A stretch of 64,000 nt of DNA from a virus. Positions 28,771 through 38,241 of this stretch are shown piece by piece. Both the position numbers and the translations under genes were made by a program. The stretch's first letter is position 1; every line of letters starts with the position of its first letter. The stretch lies in IMG/VR virus record IMGVR_UViG_3300002029_000005. One strand, 5' to 3'. The notes beneath the pieces are model-generated. The model made no database searches. It was not told the origin of the DNA and saw only the letters and a program-made list of their open reading frames with translations.

Positions 28771-29888
28771 GCGACAAGTTACAAACAAAAGCACCAGCCG
28801 AAACCGCTGCAAGCATGGCCGAACTTCAGGCTCTATCAGACACGCTGCCTGACTTTCTGGCTAAGCACGATAAGCCTTTACCTGATTGCACCACTGATGA
28901 TGGCATGGAGAGCGCAAAAGCCAGCCAGAAAGCGCTGAAAGGCATCCGTGATGCTGCAACCGAACACCATGAAAAGGCAAAAGCGTTTTACCTGAAAAAT
29001 GGCCGAATAGTTGATGCCATGAAAAACGACATTATCGCCAAAGCTGAACCCATAGAGGCGAAATACAAGGCCGCTATCAAGGTGGTACGCGATGAAGAAA
29101 AGCGCATTGAAGCTGAACGCATTCAAAAGCTAAAAGATGCCGAGGAAGCCATGCAGAAGCGCTTTGATGAAATCAACGCCATGCATCAGGCCATAACGCT
29201 GGACGATATCAACGCTGCAATTGAAAAGCTGAACAATCTGGATTTGCAGGCTTTCCAAGACCGCGCCGATGAAGCTATAGAGAAGTCCGAACAGGCGCTT
29301 GAATGGCTCACTAAGCGCAAGGCTGAGCTTGAAGAACAAAAAGCAGAATCAGACCGCATTGAGGCCGAGCGCGAAAAGCTGCGCAAAGAACAGGAAGCCA
29401 TCGAAGCCGAACGAAAAGCGGAAGCCGACAAGCTACAGGCTGAAAAAGACAAGCTCGCACAAGAGCGTCAAGCACTGGCAGATGAAAAGGAAAAACAGGA
29501 ACGAGCCGCATTAGTCGCAGAGGAACAACGCAAAGCACAAATTGCCGCCGACAAGCGTGCGGAAGATCAACGCAAGCAGGCAGAGATAGACAAAAAGGAA
29601 GCCGCTGAGAAAGCCGCACAAGTCGAGCGCGAGCGTATAGAAAACGAACGTGTAGCAGCCGAGAAAAAGGAAGCGGCGGAAAAGGCGGAGGCCGAGCGCA
29701 TAGCTCGCAATGCGCCGGATGCCGAAAAGCTCGACAAGTGGCTCACCTTGCTTAGCGGCATGAAAATGCCTGATATGTCCACTACCGAGGGTAACGATGC
29801 TGTCGAGAAAATTGAATTTGAGTTTGTCAAATTCATTGTTGCGGCCAAATCGCACTATCAAAGCTTAAAAACAAATAAGGCGGCGTGA
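28767..29888 (+). CDS. Long coiled-coil protein
   Basis: E/K/A/Q/R-rich heptads; KAFYLKNGRIVD segment (DUF1351-like); common beside SSAPs. Confidence 0.65.
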   Translation: MSDKLQTKAPAETAASMAELQALSDTLPDFLAKHDKPLPDCTTDDGMESAKASQKALKGIRDAATEHHEKAKAFYLKNGRIVDAMKNDIIAKAEPIEAKYKAAIKVVRDEEKRIEAERIQKLKDAEEAMQKRFDEINAMHQAITLDDINAAIEKLNNLDLQAFQDRADEAIEKSEQALEWLTKRKAELEEQKAESDRIEAEREKLRKEQEAIEAERKAEADKLQAEKDKLAQERQALADEKEKQERAALVAEEQRKAQIAADKRAEDQRKQAEIDKKEAAEKAAQVERERIENERVAAEKKEAAEKAEAERIARNAPDAEKLDKWLTLLSGMKMPDMSTTEGNDAVEKIEFEFVKFIVAAKSHYQSLKTNKAA

Positions 29889-30169
29889 TGTTATTTTTAC
29901 GTAGGCGAATCCGTGAGTCTGTAATCGTTAATGAAACAATTTGCATTCAATACATAGGCTTTGTTGGTGATTCCGCAATAATCAAAATAACCGACCCAAA
30001 CACCCCGACGCAGAACACATTGCTAAGCAAAAGTGAGTTATTTGAACTAGCACCGAATATGCACATATTGCACGGTGGGATGAAACGAGGGAAATGCCTA
30101 CTACTGGGATTTGATATGCCGAATGATGTTCAGATAGATCGGGCTGAGGTATTGGAGGCAAGGGTATGA
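29885..30169 (+). CDS. csrA: Tandem CsrA/RsmA-like translational regulator
   Basis: N-half MLFLRRRIRESVIV...IGFVGD..IIKITDP and C-half GGMKRG...LGFDMPNDVQIDRAEV both align to CsrA. Confidence 0.7.
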   Translation: MMLFLRRRIRESVIVNETICIQYIGFVGDSAIIKITDPNTPTQNTLLSKSELFELAPNMHILHGGMKRGKCLLLGFDMPNDVQIDRAEVLEARV

Positions 30170-30402
30170 GCGATCAAATAAAACTAGGCGATGAATCCGC
30201 TTTCCCTATAACGGGAAATTCCGCATCCGTTCCAACTTACTATGGCATGACAAAACGCGAATACTTCGCGGCGGCTGCGCTAACTGGTCTCTGTGCCAAT
30301 CCCGATGTTTACGGAACAAAATTACATAATGGCTTTGATCTTGAAGCGGCTGCTATAGCTAGCGCAGATGCGACACTTGCAAGGCTTGGAGAAAACGAAT
30401 GA
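30166..30402 (+). CDS. Conserved small phage protein
   Basis: AFPI...GMTKREYFAAAALTGLCAN motif, widespread in phages. Confidence 0.7.
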   Translation: MSDQIKLGDESAFPITGNSASVPTYYGMTKREYFAAAALTGLCANPDVYGTKLHNGFDLEAAAIASADATLARLGENE

Positions 30403-30746
30403 AATCAGCAAAACAATCACTAGCCGATCTTGATGCCGAGCACGCAAAGAAACGCGAAGCATTAAAAGCCGAGGCGGAATCGGAAGAACAGCGGTTAGAA
30501 GATGAGAGAAAAGCCGCTGAACTTGAATTGAAATTGCACGACAAGAAAAAAGCAATGGATGCTCTTGTGGCGCTAGACACGCATGGAATTTTGAAGATCG
30601 ATGGCGAGTATATAGTTATCGATTGCGGCGAAAAATCGTTTTCTCTTGAATGTGTTGAAAAGTTCGAGTCTATGGGTTCTGGATGGCATAGACGTGATGG
30701 CAAGTCGAAAGTCGCATGGTCAGCCACCGTAACAGTGCCTTTATAG
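30399..30746 (+). CDS. Hypothetical protein
   Basis: Coupled ORF. Confidence 0.5.
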   Translation: MKSAKQSLADLDAEHAKKREALKAEAESEEQRLEDERKAAELELKLHDKKKAMDALVALDTHGILKIDGEYIVIDCGEKSFSLECVEKFESMGSGWHRRDGKSKVAWSATVTVPL

Positions 30747-31075
30747 AGAACGGCGGCAATTGGAAAAAGCCGGAAAGCTGTTACAAGAAGCTTGTCGAAT
30801 TGCGTGAAATTTATTTGCGCAAACTAAAGTCAAAAGCAGATCGAAAGCAGCGCATCAACGATGCTATTGGCGAACTAGAAAAACGGTATCCCCATTGCAC
30901 GGTATCGGAATACGCAAATGATGTTCGCGTAACCTCCCCTAATGGCGCTGAATGCAACTTTGATGTTGGGGTTGATTCGATAGAGCTGTCTGTACATGCA
31001 TCGCCGCCCATCATTCCAAACGATCTAAAACAGGCTGTAGCTGATTTGATTCTGGAGAAAGGAGAAACCGAATGA
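30716..31075 (+). CDS. Hypothetical protein
   Basis: Coupled to the LexA-like gene; start uncertain. Confidence 0.45.
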   Translation: MVSHRNSAFIENGGNWKKPESCYKKLVELREIYLRKLKSKADRKQRINDAIGELEKRYPHCTVSEYANDVRVTSPNGAECNFDVGVDSIELSVHASPPIIPNDLKQAVADLILEKGETE

Positions 31076-31308
31076 ACGCAAAGAAGCTAACAGACCGACA
31101 AAGCGAAGTGCTGAGTTTCATCGAAGATGCTATTGGTCAATGGGGCTATCCGCCAACAGTAGTTGAGCTTTGCTATGCATTCGGATGGAAATCACCAAAC
31201 GCCGCCGTAGATCACTTAAGAGCATTAGAGCGCAAGGGGTTCATTGAGCGCGATAGAAATACGGCTCGCGGTTTGCGGGTATTGATATCGGCTGAGAGCG
31301 CAGCATGA
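31072..31308 (+). CDS. LexA DNA-binding domain-only protein
   Basis: LTDRQSEVLSFI...GYPPTVVELC..FGWKSPNAAVDHLRALERKGFIER...ARGL; no protease domain. Confidence 0.85.
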   Translation: MNAKKLTDRQSEVLSFIEDAIGQWGYPPTVVELCYAFGWKSPNAAVDHLRALERKGFIERDRNTARGLRVLISAESAA

Positions 31309-31505
31309 GCACTGAAACATTTACTGCAAAATTTATCCGTGAAGGCGAAAGCCAATTTGGTGAATATGTGCAAATTGAATACAACGGCATTAAAGCATTC
31401 CTGTCTCGCGACAAGATCGAGAGAATGAAAAAACAGGGTGACAGAATTACCGTCACTATTCCTTATGGTCTTTATATGAGCAAATTCGAAAATGGCAAAC
31501 TTTAA
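31305..31505 (+). CDS. Hypothetical protein
   Basis: Coupled ORF. Confidence 0.5.
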   Translation: MSTETFTAKFIREGESQFGEYVQIEYNGIKAFLSRDKIERMKKQGDRITVTIPYGLYMSKFENGKL

Positions 31506-31878
31506 CCCAATAATATGCGTCGATTTCGACGGCGTAATTCACTCTTATAGTTCAGGCTGGAAAGGTGTCGATGTGGTAGCCGATGAACCTGTACCCGGCG
31601 CATTTGATTGGCTTATCGATCTACTCGAAAACTACGGGCCTGACGGAACGCCAAAGCCGGTTATCTACAGTTCTCGATCTAAAGAACCAGCAGGCGTAAA
31701 AGCGATGCAGGAATGGTTTGCTATCCATGGATTCCCACAAGATTTGCTGTCTAAACTGGAATTCCCAACGCAAAAGCCGCCTGCATTTCTGACGATAGAT
31801 GATCGCGCTATATGCTTTAGCGGAACATTCCCATCATCTAACGAAATGGTTAACTTTAAGCCGTGGAATAAAGCATGA
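31492..31878 (+). CDS. HAD-superfamily phosphatase-like protein
   Basis: ICVDFDGVIHSY motif I, IYSSR, KPPAFLTIDDRA. Confidence 0.8.
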   Translation: MANFNPIICVDFDGVIHSYSSGWKGVDVVADEPVPGAFDWLIDLLENYGPDGTPKPVIYSSRSKEPAGVKAMQEWFAIHGFPQDLLSKLEFPTQKPPAFLTIDDRAICFSGTFPSSNEMVNFKPWNKA

Positions 31879-32129
31879 TCTACGTATACAAACTGCCTGA
31901 AAAGCTCGCCGATGGTCACTGTTTTTCTGGTGGGAATCCAATAACATTTTGGAATATTGACTGGATGAATTCCATAGAGGAAATGCATTTTCCTGACGGC
32001 GTTACGCCAACTCGCGATGACTTTATTGCAGACATAAAAAGCAAGAACTATGCGCAGGATCATACTGGGAAATTACTGTGTGTCGATTCTGTAGGCGAGC
32101 TTACAATGATGATTGATTGCAGCGAATGA
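31875..32129 (+). CDS. Hypothetical protein
   Basis: Coupled ORF. Confidence 0.5.
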   Translation: MIYVYKLPEKLADGHCFSGGNPITFWNIDWMNSIEEMHFPDGVTPTRDDFIADIKSKNYAQDHTGKLLCVDSVGELTMMIDCSE

Positions 32130-32359
32130 GCAGCGAACAAACAATACAAGGCGGCTTCAAGGTAGGCAAATACTACCGCCACAGTGGTGGTAGCGTTATG
32201 CATGTAATTGGCGGTTTGAAAACTACGTTATACGGCTGGACGTTGGTTGCGGAACAACATGGAAATGCCGATTTAACTACTGTCGGTCAAGATGAAGCTA
32301 ATACGGTCAATTGGTCTGAGATATCTGAAGCTGAATGGATGGCAGGGTTTCCTGAATGA
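32126..32359 (+). CDS. Hypothetical protein
   Basis: MSSEQ start overlapping the previous stop. Confidence 0.5.
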   Translation: MSSEQTIQGGFKVGKYYRHSGGSVMHVIGGLKTTLYGWTLVAEQHGNADLTTVGQDEANTVNWSEISEAEWMAGFPE

Positions 32360-32422
32360 TAACGGCTTTCACATACTATCGATTTAAACCGGCAGACCGC
32401 ATGCTGTACTTGTGGACCGTGA

Positions 32423-32824
32423 TTGCTGATGTGGCCATGGTTGAGTTTGTTGGGAGGCTGTATTTTGGAGCAAATTGAACAATCAATAAAAGCTTTACAC
32501 AAGCAGATACCGGCATCAACACCATGCAAGAGCGGTTGTAGTGATTGCTGCGGTCCTGTACCGGTATCCGCGCACGAAGCCGAGGCGCTAGGTGTAAGCG
32601 GCTCCATGACGCCAGTAAAGCCAGGAACAATGACATGCGCATTCTGGGATAACGGATGCACTGTGTACGAAAACCGGCCTTTCATGTGTCGTTTGTTTGG
32701 TTCGTGCATTGATGACGTGAGACTAAAATGCCCTCATGGGTCGCGACCTTTATTGCCACTGAATAGAAATGATGCTGACCGCCTTGCTGGCGAATACATG
32801 CGATTAACTTACACGGAGTCATAG
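32423..32824 (+). CDS. YkgJ-family cysteine-cluster protein
   Basis: CKSGCSDCC...CAF...CTVYENRPFMCRLF; true start uncertain. Confidence 0.75.
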   Translation: MLMWPWLSLLGGCILEQIEQSIKALHKQIPASTPCKSGCSDCCGPVPVSAHEAEALGVSGSMTPVKPGTMTCAFWDNGCTVYENRPFMCRLFGSCIDDVRLKCPHGSRPLLPLNRNDADRLAGEYMRLTYTES

Positions 32825-32828
32825 CGAT

Positions 32829-33017
32829 ATGAACTTGTACGACATACAGACAAAGCTAAAAATGCGCAACGATAAAGATCCTGCCAATCACTATATATTA
32901 GAAATCGAGGACGAAGCTGTCGAGATAGCAGTGATGCCAAAGAACTGCAAAGACCAACAGAATTACATTGAGTTTGAGTCAGAGGTTGAAATGGTTCAAT
33001 GGCTTAACGAATCATAA
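32829..33017 (+). CDS. Hypothetical protein
   Basis: Co-oriented small ORF. Confidence 0.5.
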   Translation: MNLYDIQTKLKMRNDKDPANHYILEIEDEAVEIAVMPKNCKDQQNYIEFESEVEMVQWLNES

Positions 33018-33027
33018 AGGAGAAGTG

Positions 33028-33345
33028 ATGCGACACGATGAGATATGGTTGCGAGATAATGACCCGGAAGAGAATGAAAATTTTAAAGGCGTGATATTTT
33101 CCAGCTTTGAAGATATTCAAGAGTACGCTAAAAAATATTCTGAACACATGGAGCCAAAATCGTTGCTATTCCTTTTAAATGAAATACTCAACGGCGGCTT
33201 GCAGCTTCGCAAGCCTGGTGAGAGAAACACGCTCGATTGGTGGTACTCAGATGGCTCCAATGCTGAAGGCAACGGCCTTGATTCGCTGGTTCTCGAAGTT
33301 CAAAACAGAGCGGCTAACGCACAGGAATTTAAAAACAATGGCTAA
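33028..33345 (+). CDS. Hypothetical protein
   Basis: AAGGAG RBS before MRHDEIW (track ORF 32968..33345). Confidence 0.5.
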   Translation: MRHDEIWLRDNDPEENENFKGVIFSSFEDIQEYAKKYSEHMEPKSLLFLLNEILNGGLQLRKPGERNTLDWWYSDGSNAEGNGLDSLVLEVQNRAANAQEFKNNG

Positions 33346-33427
33346 AAAACGCTTAAACAATAACATCGAACAACCAATGCTGATATGGCATCGCTGATTG
33401 GGCATATAAGGCAGAACGGGTGAGATT

Positions 33428-33631
33428 ATGAGTGATGAAACAAAAAACGATGACGACCTATTGAAATCCAAAGAGGTCGCTGATTTATGGAGAATAAAAG
33501 TCACCACCTTGCGCAATTGGGTATGTGACCCAAACCACACAGCGCCGAAAGGTTTTAAGATTGGCAATAGCCGTGTGTGGCGGCGAAAAGTGGTTAACGA
33601 CTATGTTTCAGAAATGGAATCCGCTGCGTGA
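33428..33631 (+). CDS. xis: AlpA/excisionase-like HTH protein
   Basis: LLKSKEVADLWRIKVTTLRNWV...PKGFKIGNSRVWRR; adjacent to the integrase. Confidence 0.8.
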   Translation: MSDETKNDDDLLKSKEVADLWRIKVTTLRNWVCDPNHTAPKGFKIGNSRVWRRKVVNDYVSEMESAA

Positions 33632-34797
33632 AGTCGCATTGCGTCAACCTGATCGGACCACCATTGCATCAGCTCGATACGTTGGCTCATGTATTCGCCG
33701 CGATTGTATGCCGCTCGGATGGTGTTCTTGTCAAGGTGCGCCAATTGAATCTCAATCACATCAGCTCTAAACAAATCAGATTCGTTTGCCATGGTGCTAA
33801 AACTGGAACGGAAGCCATGAGGCGTATGTCGATAACCCTGATACCCAAGATACTTAAGGGCGTTATTCAGTGCATTTTCGCTTATGACTGGACTTTTGCC
33901 CGTCATGGATGGGAATAGGTGTTCACCGTGGCCGCTATAGTCGCGAAGATTTTCAAGTATGGATACAGTCGAATCAGTCAAAGGTATGTAGTGATCACGC
34001 GGTTTTTTCATTCTCGCCTTATCGATATGCCACATGCGCCCTTCAATATCTATCTCAGCCCACAACGAGCCTCTGAATTCACTGGAGCGCAAGAACACGT
34101 AAGGCAACAAGCGCAAAGCCAGGCCAATGATGATATTACGATCAAATCCCTGAATTTTTCGCAACAAAACGCCGAACTCTGCCGGGTCCACAATTGCAGC
34201 GTACTGCACCGGCTTGGATTTTTTCAACGCGCCCTTCAGATCACGGCAAGGGTCGCTCGGTATATGCCCAACCGCTACCGCATAGCGCATGATTTGACTG
34301 GTTACCGTAAGCAGTCTATGCGCTGTCTCAATGCTGCCTCGCGACTCTACAACCCGCAATACATGAAGAACATCAGGCGGAGTGATCTTGGTTACTTCAA
34401 GCTCACCAATAACCGGCGTAAGGTCTTTAAGTATGCGCAGCTTAACTGTGCGTCTGTGGCTATCGCTCCATTGCTGAATAGCCAACCATTCGTCGGCAAT
34501 CGCTTTGAACGAAAGGTCATTGCCAACGTGTTTTTTAACCTGCTTCGCGTGGCTCGGATCAACACCCCGATCAAGTTGTTCTTTTGCAGCAAACAAACCG
34601 ATTCGAGCCTGCTTTAATGAAACGCCAGGGTAGACCCCCAGTGACAGAGTGCGCCGTTTTTTTGCATACCGATAGTCATAGCGCCAGTATTTGCCGGAAG
34701 GTAGTACATGCAGGTACAGACCATTGCCGTCGCGCAGCTTTGCGGCCTTGCCATCGTATTGGATTTTTCGCAATTGAGAATCAAGTAGTTTTGACAT
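33601..34797 (-). CDS. int: Tyrosine integrase, P4-like (Arm-DNA-binding domain plus catalytic domain)
   Basis: LRDGNGLYLHV...GKYWRYDY; FLRSSE (R), MKK (K), HGFRSSF (HxxR), LAH, AYNR (Y). Confidence 0.95.
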   Translation of the reverse strand: MSKLLDSQLRKIQYDGKAAKLRDGNGLYLHVLPSGKYWRYDYRYAKKRRTLSLGVYPGVSLKQARIGLFAAKEQLDRGVDPSHAKQVKKHVGNDLSFKAIADEWLAIQQWSDSHRRTVKLRILKDLTPVIGELEVTKITPPDVLHVLRVVESRGSIETAHRLLTVTSQIMRYAVAVGHIPSDPCRDLKGALKKSKPVQYAAIVDPAEFGVLLRKIQGFDRNIIIGLALRLLPYVFLRSSEFRGSLWAEIDIEGRMWHIDKARMKKPRDHYIPLTDSTVSILENLRDYSGHGEHLFPSMTGKSPVISENALNNALKYLGYQGYRHTPHGFRSSFSTMANESDLFRADVIEIQLAHLDKNTIRAAYNRGEYMSQRIELMQWWSDQVDAMRLHAADSISET

Positions 34798-34952
34798 GTG
34801 ACGGAACGATTTTCCAAAATATACCGCCCTTATACCGTCATCGGGCGATTATGCACAAGTGGATTAAATTGCACCAAATGATATTAAATGTCTTGTATTT
34901 AAGGATTTGGAGTGTAAAGAATGATACTCTGCTAAATTCAATTACAGTCAAA

Positions 34953-34969
34953 TGGCGGAGAGAGAGGGA
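34953..34969 (-). mobile_element. attP core: 3' end of a tRNA-Ser
   Basis: Minus strand reads TCCCTCTCTCTCCGCCA, the T-arm/acceptor 3' end of GGAGAG-type tRNA-Ser; isolated fragment upstream of int. Confidence 0.75.
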
Positions 34970-35074
34970 GCCACTTATGTTGCAATATCACTTTTTATTT
35001 CAATTGGATATATTCACACCGCCAAGCTATATACCGTCGCAGTTCCGTCATACTAAAAATGCGGGATTCGCATC

Positions 35075-35533
35075 ATGAATCTGGCACCATCTTGCAAGAT
35101 ACCGCTCAGCAATGGTGGCTGCGCGATTGTGGACGCCTGCGATTACGAATTTCTGAATCAATGGATTTGGCGAAAATCTTCTGAAGGCTACGCGATACGC
35201 ACCATAAAAATTGATGGAAAACAGCACGTACGCCGGATGCACCGCATTGTTGCAGATGCACCCGATACTGTTCCGGTCGATCATAAAAACCGAAATCGAC
35301 TCGACAATCGCCGTGAAAATCTGCGCCACTCCAATTCCAAGCAAAACGCCATAAATCGCAGTCCTACCAAAGGCCGAAAGTATCGAGGCGTATACAAGCG
35401 CGGTAATCGGTTTGATGCACGCATCAACGTCAATGGCAAGCTTCTGCACTTGGGTACATTTGCGACCGATACAGAAGCCGCCAAAGCGTTCGACCAGGCC
35501 GCAATAAAACATCGCGGGATGATGCCATGTTGA
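35075..35533 (+). CDS. HNH-AP2 homing endonuclease
   Basis: VDHKNRNRLDNRRENLR (HNH) plus KYRGVY...FDARI...HLGTF...AAKAFD (AP2). Confidence 0.9.
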   Translation: MNLAPSCKIPLSNGGCAIVDACDYEFLNQWIWRKSSEGYAIRTIKIDGKQHVRRMHRIVADAPDTVPVDHKNRNRLDNRRENLRHSNSKQNAINRSPTKGRKYRGVYKRGNRFDARINVNGKLLHLGTFATDTEAAKAFDQAAIKHRGMMPC

Positions 35534-35555
35534 ATTTTGAACGGCAGCGAGCAGC

Positions 35556-36104
35556 ATGAAACAGCTCTACTACGGCAAAATACCTGTGCCCTGGACTGTC
35601 TCATGGTCCGGTGAAAACAGATTCTTTGTTGCGCCCGAGAAGCGATTGCAGGACAACCTAGCCCTGATGCAAATTAGCGAGCGCGGTGCCGGAAAACCGA
35701 TATTCGGCAAACCTCATATGAACCGTCAGCGCCAATGTGTTTACGAGTGCCGGTGTGATCTGTGCGGAAAGCCAATCAAGAGCGCCACAAAAGTTTCGCT
35801 GTCACACGCTCGCTCAGTGGCTCACAGCTACCATGGCGGCGATGTTCTCCAAGTTGAACCACTATTGCACAAACATTGCGCAGCGATCTGCATTGATCTC
35901 TGCCCATCCCTGAAAGCCGATATAAAAAATGACCGGCTTAATATCTTCCATGTGACAAAGCACGATGTGCAGATCGCTTGGTTAAAGCCTGAATCGCTAT
36001 CTGACGTTGGCACCAACTCACCCGTTCCAGTTTTGGGCCATGCAAAAGTGTGGCTGCAAAAGTACAAGCGCAAGCCGATTAAATGGCTTGGTGTGCATCA
36101 ATAG
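35556..36104 (+). CDS. Conserved Cys/His-rich hypothetical protein
   Basis: PVPW...RQRQC...CDLCG...EPLLHKHCA...LCPSL. Confidence 0.65.
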   Translation: MKQLYYGKIPVPWTVSWSGENRFFVAPEKRLQDNLALMQISERGAGKPIFGKPHMNRQRQCVYECRCDLCGKPIKSATKVSLSHARSVAHSYHGGDVLQVEPLLHKHCAAICIDLCPSLKADIKNDRLNIFHVTKHDVQIAWLKPESLSDVGTNSPVPVLGHAKVWLQKYKRKPIKWLGVHQ

Positions 36105-36113
36105 GAGAAAATA

Positions 36114-36827
36114 ATGAACATAACTATCGAAGGCAAAAAAGCAATTGCGCCCTGCGTTTTCACAAAAGCGGCGTTTGAATCCGAACTTTTTAAACGGGGC
36201 TACTTTCCAGAACTGAATATTCACGCTGAGCGATGGCGCACACCACTGCTATGGTGCTGGGTCAAGCCAGTAGTGATGTACGAAGATGCCGCAAAACTGG
36301 TTGACGTGAAAGCATGGCAGCGACCAGACGGAACGATGATTCTCAACAGACAGCCAATCGACGAACACATCGCCAAACGCTACGGCAGCACGCACACACG
36401 CTGCAACTGTGGCACGATCTACCGGAGCAATGCGTACTGCAAGCCGTGTGCAGATCGAAAGCGTACAGAGCAGTACAACGCGCTTGAGGCCATCACCTAC
36501 AAATCGCTATCTGATGTTGATTTCCCGATTGTCAGCGAAGATGGCGGCACCTGGATATTTGACCAGGGAATGCTTGAGGACCATTTAAGCAAATTTCCAA
36601 ACACTCAATTTCTGGATGCAGAACCCGGCACGCTATCCAATCTTGAATATGATCATTGGGGCGATGACCTGCCAGAAGATTATGACGAATTCAGCCTGCC
36701 TGATACGGTTCGCACTGCACTGGAAGCGCTCAACACAGCCATAGATGAGCACAACAAGAGCGGTAATCCTGTTGCCTACTGGCAGGGTAAGCGGCGTATT
36801 GTGTTTGATATAGCAAAAGTTGCATGA
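36114..36827 (+). CDS. Hypothetical protein with a zinc finger
   Basis: CNCG...YCKPC; 237 aa. Confidence 0.6.
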   Translation: MNITIEGKKAIAPCVFTKAAFESELFKRGYFPELNIHAERWRTPLLWCWVKPVVMYEDAAKLVDVKAWQRPDGTMILNRQPIDEHIAKRYGSTHTRCNCGTIYRSNAYCKPCADRKRTEQYNALEAITYKSLSDVDFPIVSEDGGTWIFDQGMLEDHLSKFPNTQFLDAEPGTLSNLEYDHWGDDLPEDYDEFSLPDTVRTALEALNTAIDEHNKSGNPVAYWQGKRRIVFDIAKVA

Positions 36828-36833
36828 GTATCC

Positions 36834-37094
36834 ATGCCTAAGTTATGCGATTTGGTGATTATCCACTGGCAAGACAGCCGGGGAACAACAAGCCACTGGG
36901 AGCGCCTGAGCGACTACAGGCGCGATTCATTCTGCAAGGTGGTGACAGTAGGGTTTCTGGTTAAACACGGCAAGAACACAACTAGGGTGGCTCAGAGCCT
37001 TGCTGATGAAGGGCCGGATATGCAGGTTACGGGAATAATGGTCATTCCTACGTCTTGCATTACGAGTATTGAGAAATTGTCTGAGTGCGGTTAG
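36834..37094 (+). CDS. Conserved small phage protein
   Basis: VIIHWQDS...VVTVGFL...IPTSCI pattern. Confidence 0.65.
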   Translation: MPKLCDLVIIHWQDSRGTTSHWERLSDYRRDSFCKVVTVGFLVKHGKNTTRVAQSLADEGPDMQVTGIMVIPTSCITSIEKLSECG

Positions 37095-37201
37095 TGGATA
37101 TTGCCTGAATTTACCGAGGCGTAAACAGATAAAACAGTATCCTAGCCGCCACAATGCATAGGCACGCCAGGAGGCAATAGGCTATTCCGGTTAGCACGCG
37201 G

Positions 37202-37630
37202 TCAATTCTCCTTTATGACTGGCTCATCTTCATCACGATATTCGCCTTGCCATAATTCTGCGCAGGTTAGTAGTAGTTGCGGCTCTCCAAAATATTCTAT
37301 TGGCATACCCAACGCCGCGACATCTGCTTTCAGATCGGAGGTCATTTTTTTTATCTTTTCATGGTCAGGGTATCTAATAGGCGCGATCTCTAATGACCTA
37401 ACAACTATTTGAATATCCTTGTGTGCTATTAACGCTTCGCGGTCGTCATGTACATACCGTTGCTTAATCCTTAAATGCGGCAATACCGGATTATCGTTTC
37501 CGTAAATATAACCCGGTTTTAGCTTATATTCGTCGTCGTAGGCAACGCCATCAATAAAACCCGTATCGTTATCATCAAACAGCATCACTGCCCATCCAAA
37601 ATGTATAAAAGCGCTTACCTCTATGCCCAT
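37202..37630 (-). CDS. Hypothetical protein (last gene of the leftward early block)
   Basis: AAGGAG RBS; co-oriented operon. Confidence 0.55.
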   Translation of the reverse strand: MGIEVSAFIHFGWAVMLFDDNDTGFIDGVAYDDEYKLKPGYIYGNDNPVLPHLRIKQRYVHDDREALIAHKDIQIVVRSLEIAPIRYPDHEKIKKMTSDLKADVAALGMPIEYFGEPQLLLTCAELWQGEYRDEDEPVIKEN

Positions 37631-37645
37631 CTTTTATTTACTCCT

Positions 37646-37903
37646 TTATGTAATTGGTGATTCCGGCAGCGCCATCCAATGCGTTACCGGATTCTCTGTG
37701 TTTATTGTGTTGTTTGGGTGTGAATCATTAATCAGATCATATTCACAATAACTAGACCAGTGCCAGCCAATATTTTCATCTGTTTCATAATATGCAACTG
37801 CCTGTGTTCCGTTCTTTGTGACAATCAGAACTTCATTCAGATGCCCATCTTTTCGATACTTATCTGGCAACCTTTGATCAACAGGAATCCAATCCGACGT
37901 CAT
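37646..37903 (-). CDS. DUF551-family protein
   Basis: WIPVDQRLP...VTHWMALPE. Confidence 0.8.
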   Translation of the reverse strand: MTSDWIPVDQRLPDKYRKDGHLNEVLIVTKNGTQAVAYYETDENIGWHWSSYCEYDLINDSHPNNTINTENPVTHWMALPESPIT

Positions 37904-37911
37904 GGCTACTC

Positions 37912-38241
37912 CTATGCGTTAAAGCCGATGTATTCCATCAAGCTATTTCTACTCGTACCACTGGCTTCGATATCTTCACCGTGGTCCCACACAAACCGTT
38001 TGTTAATATCGATAGCAAAAAACCACGCTGGCGTATCAGTCGCCTCAGATTTTGCGGTTAGGTGGTCTTGATATCTCTGAACCTCATTACTTGCGTGTTC
38101 AACGCACGCAAGTTCAATAGCTGTTTTTATACGGTGAGCTAGAAACTGCATATCAAATTCAGAATTTTCCAAATCACGCGCAAGCGACACATGATCAACC
38201 ATGTCAGCAGCTACGCCTTGAATAATATTGTCAATCATCAA
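37912..38241 (-). CDS. Hypothetical protein
   Basis: Coupled ORF with RBS. Confidence 0.55.
   Translation of the reverse strand: MMIDNIIQGVAADMVDHVSLARDLENSEFDMQFLAHRIKTAIELACVEHASNEVQRYQDHLTAKSEATDTPAWFFAIDINKRFVWDHGEDIEASGTSRNSLMEYIGFNA

Noticed and set aside
28767-29888. Repetitive E/K/A sequence as a DNA repeat element
   Set aside because: Explained by coiled-coil coding; no exact nucleotide repeats noticed
33628-35078. Long plus-strand ORFs opposite the integrase (33919..34617, 34584..35078)
   Set aside because: Antisense shadows of int and attP, with no recognisable motifs
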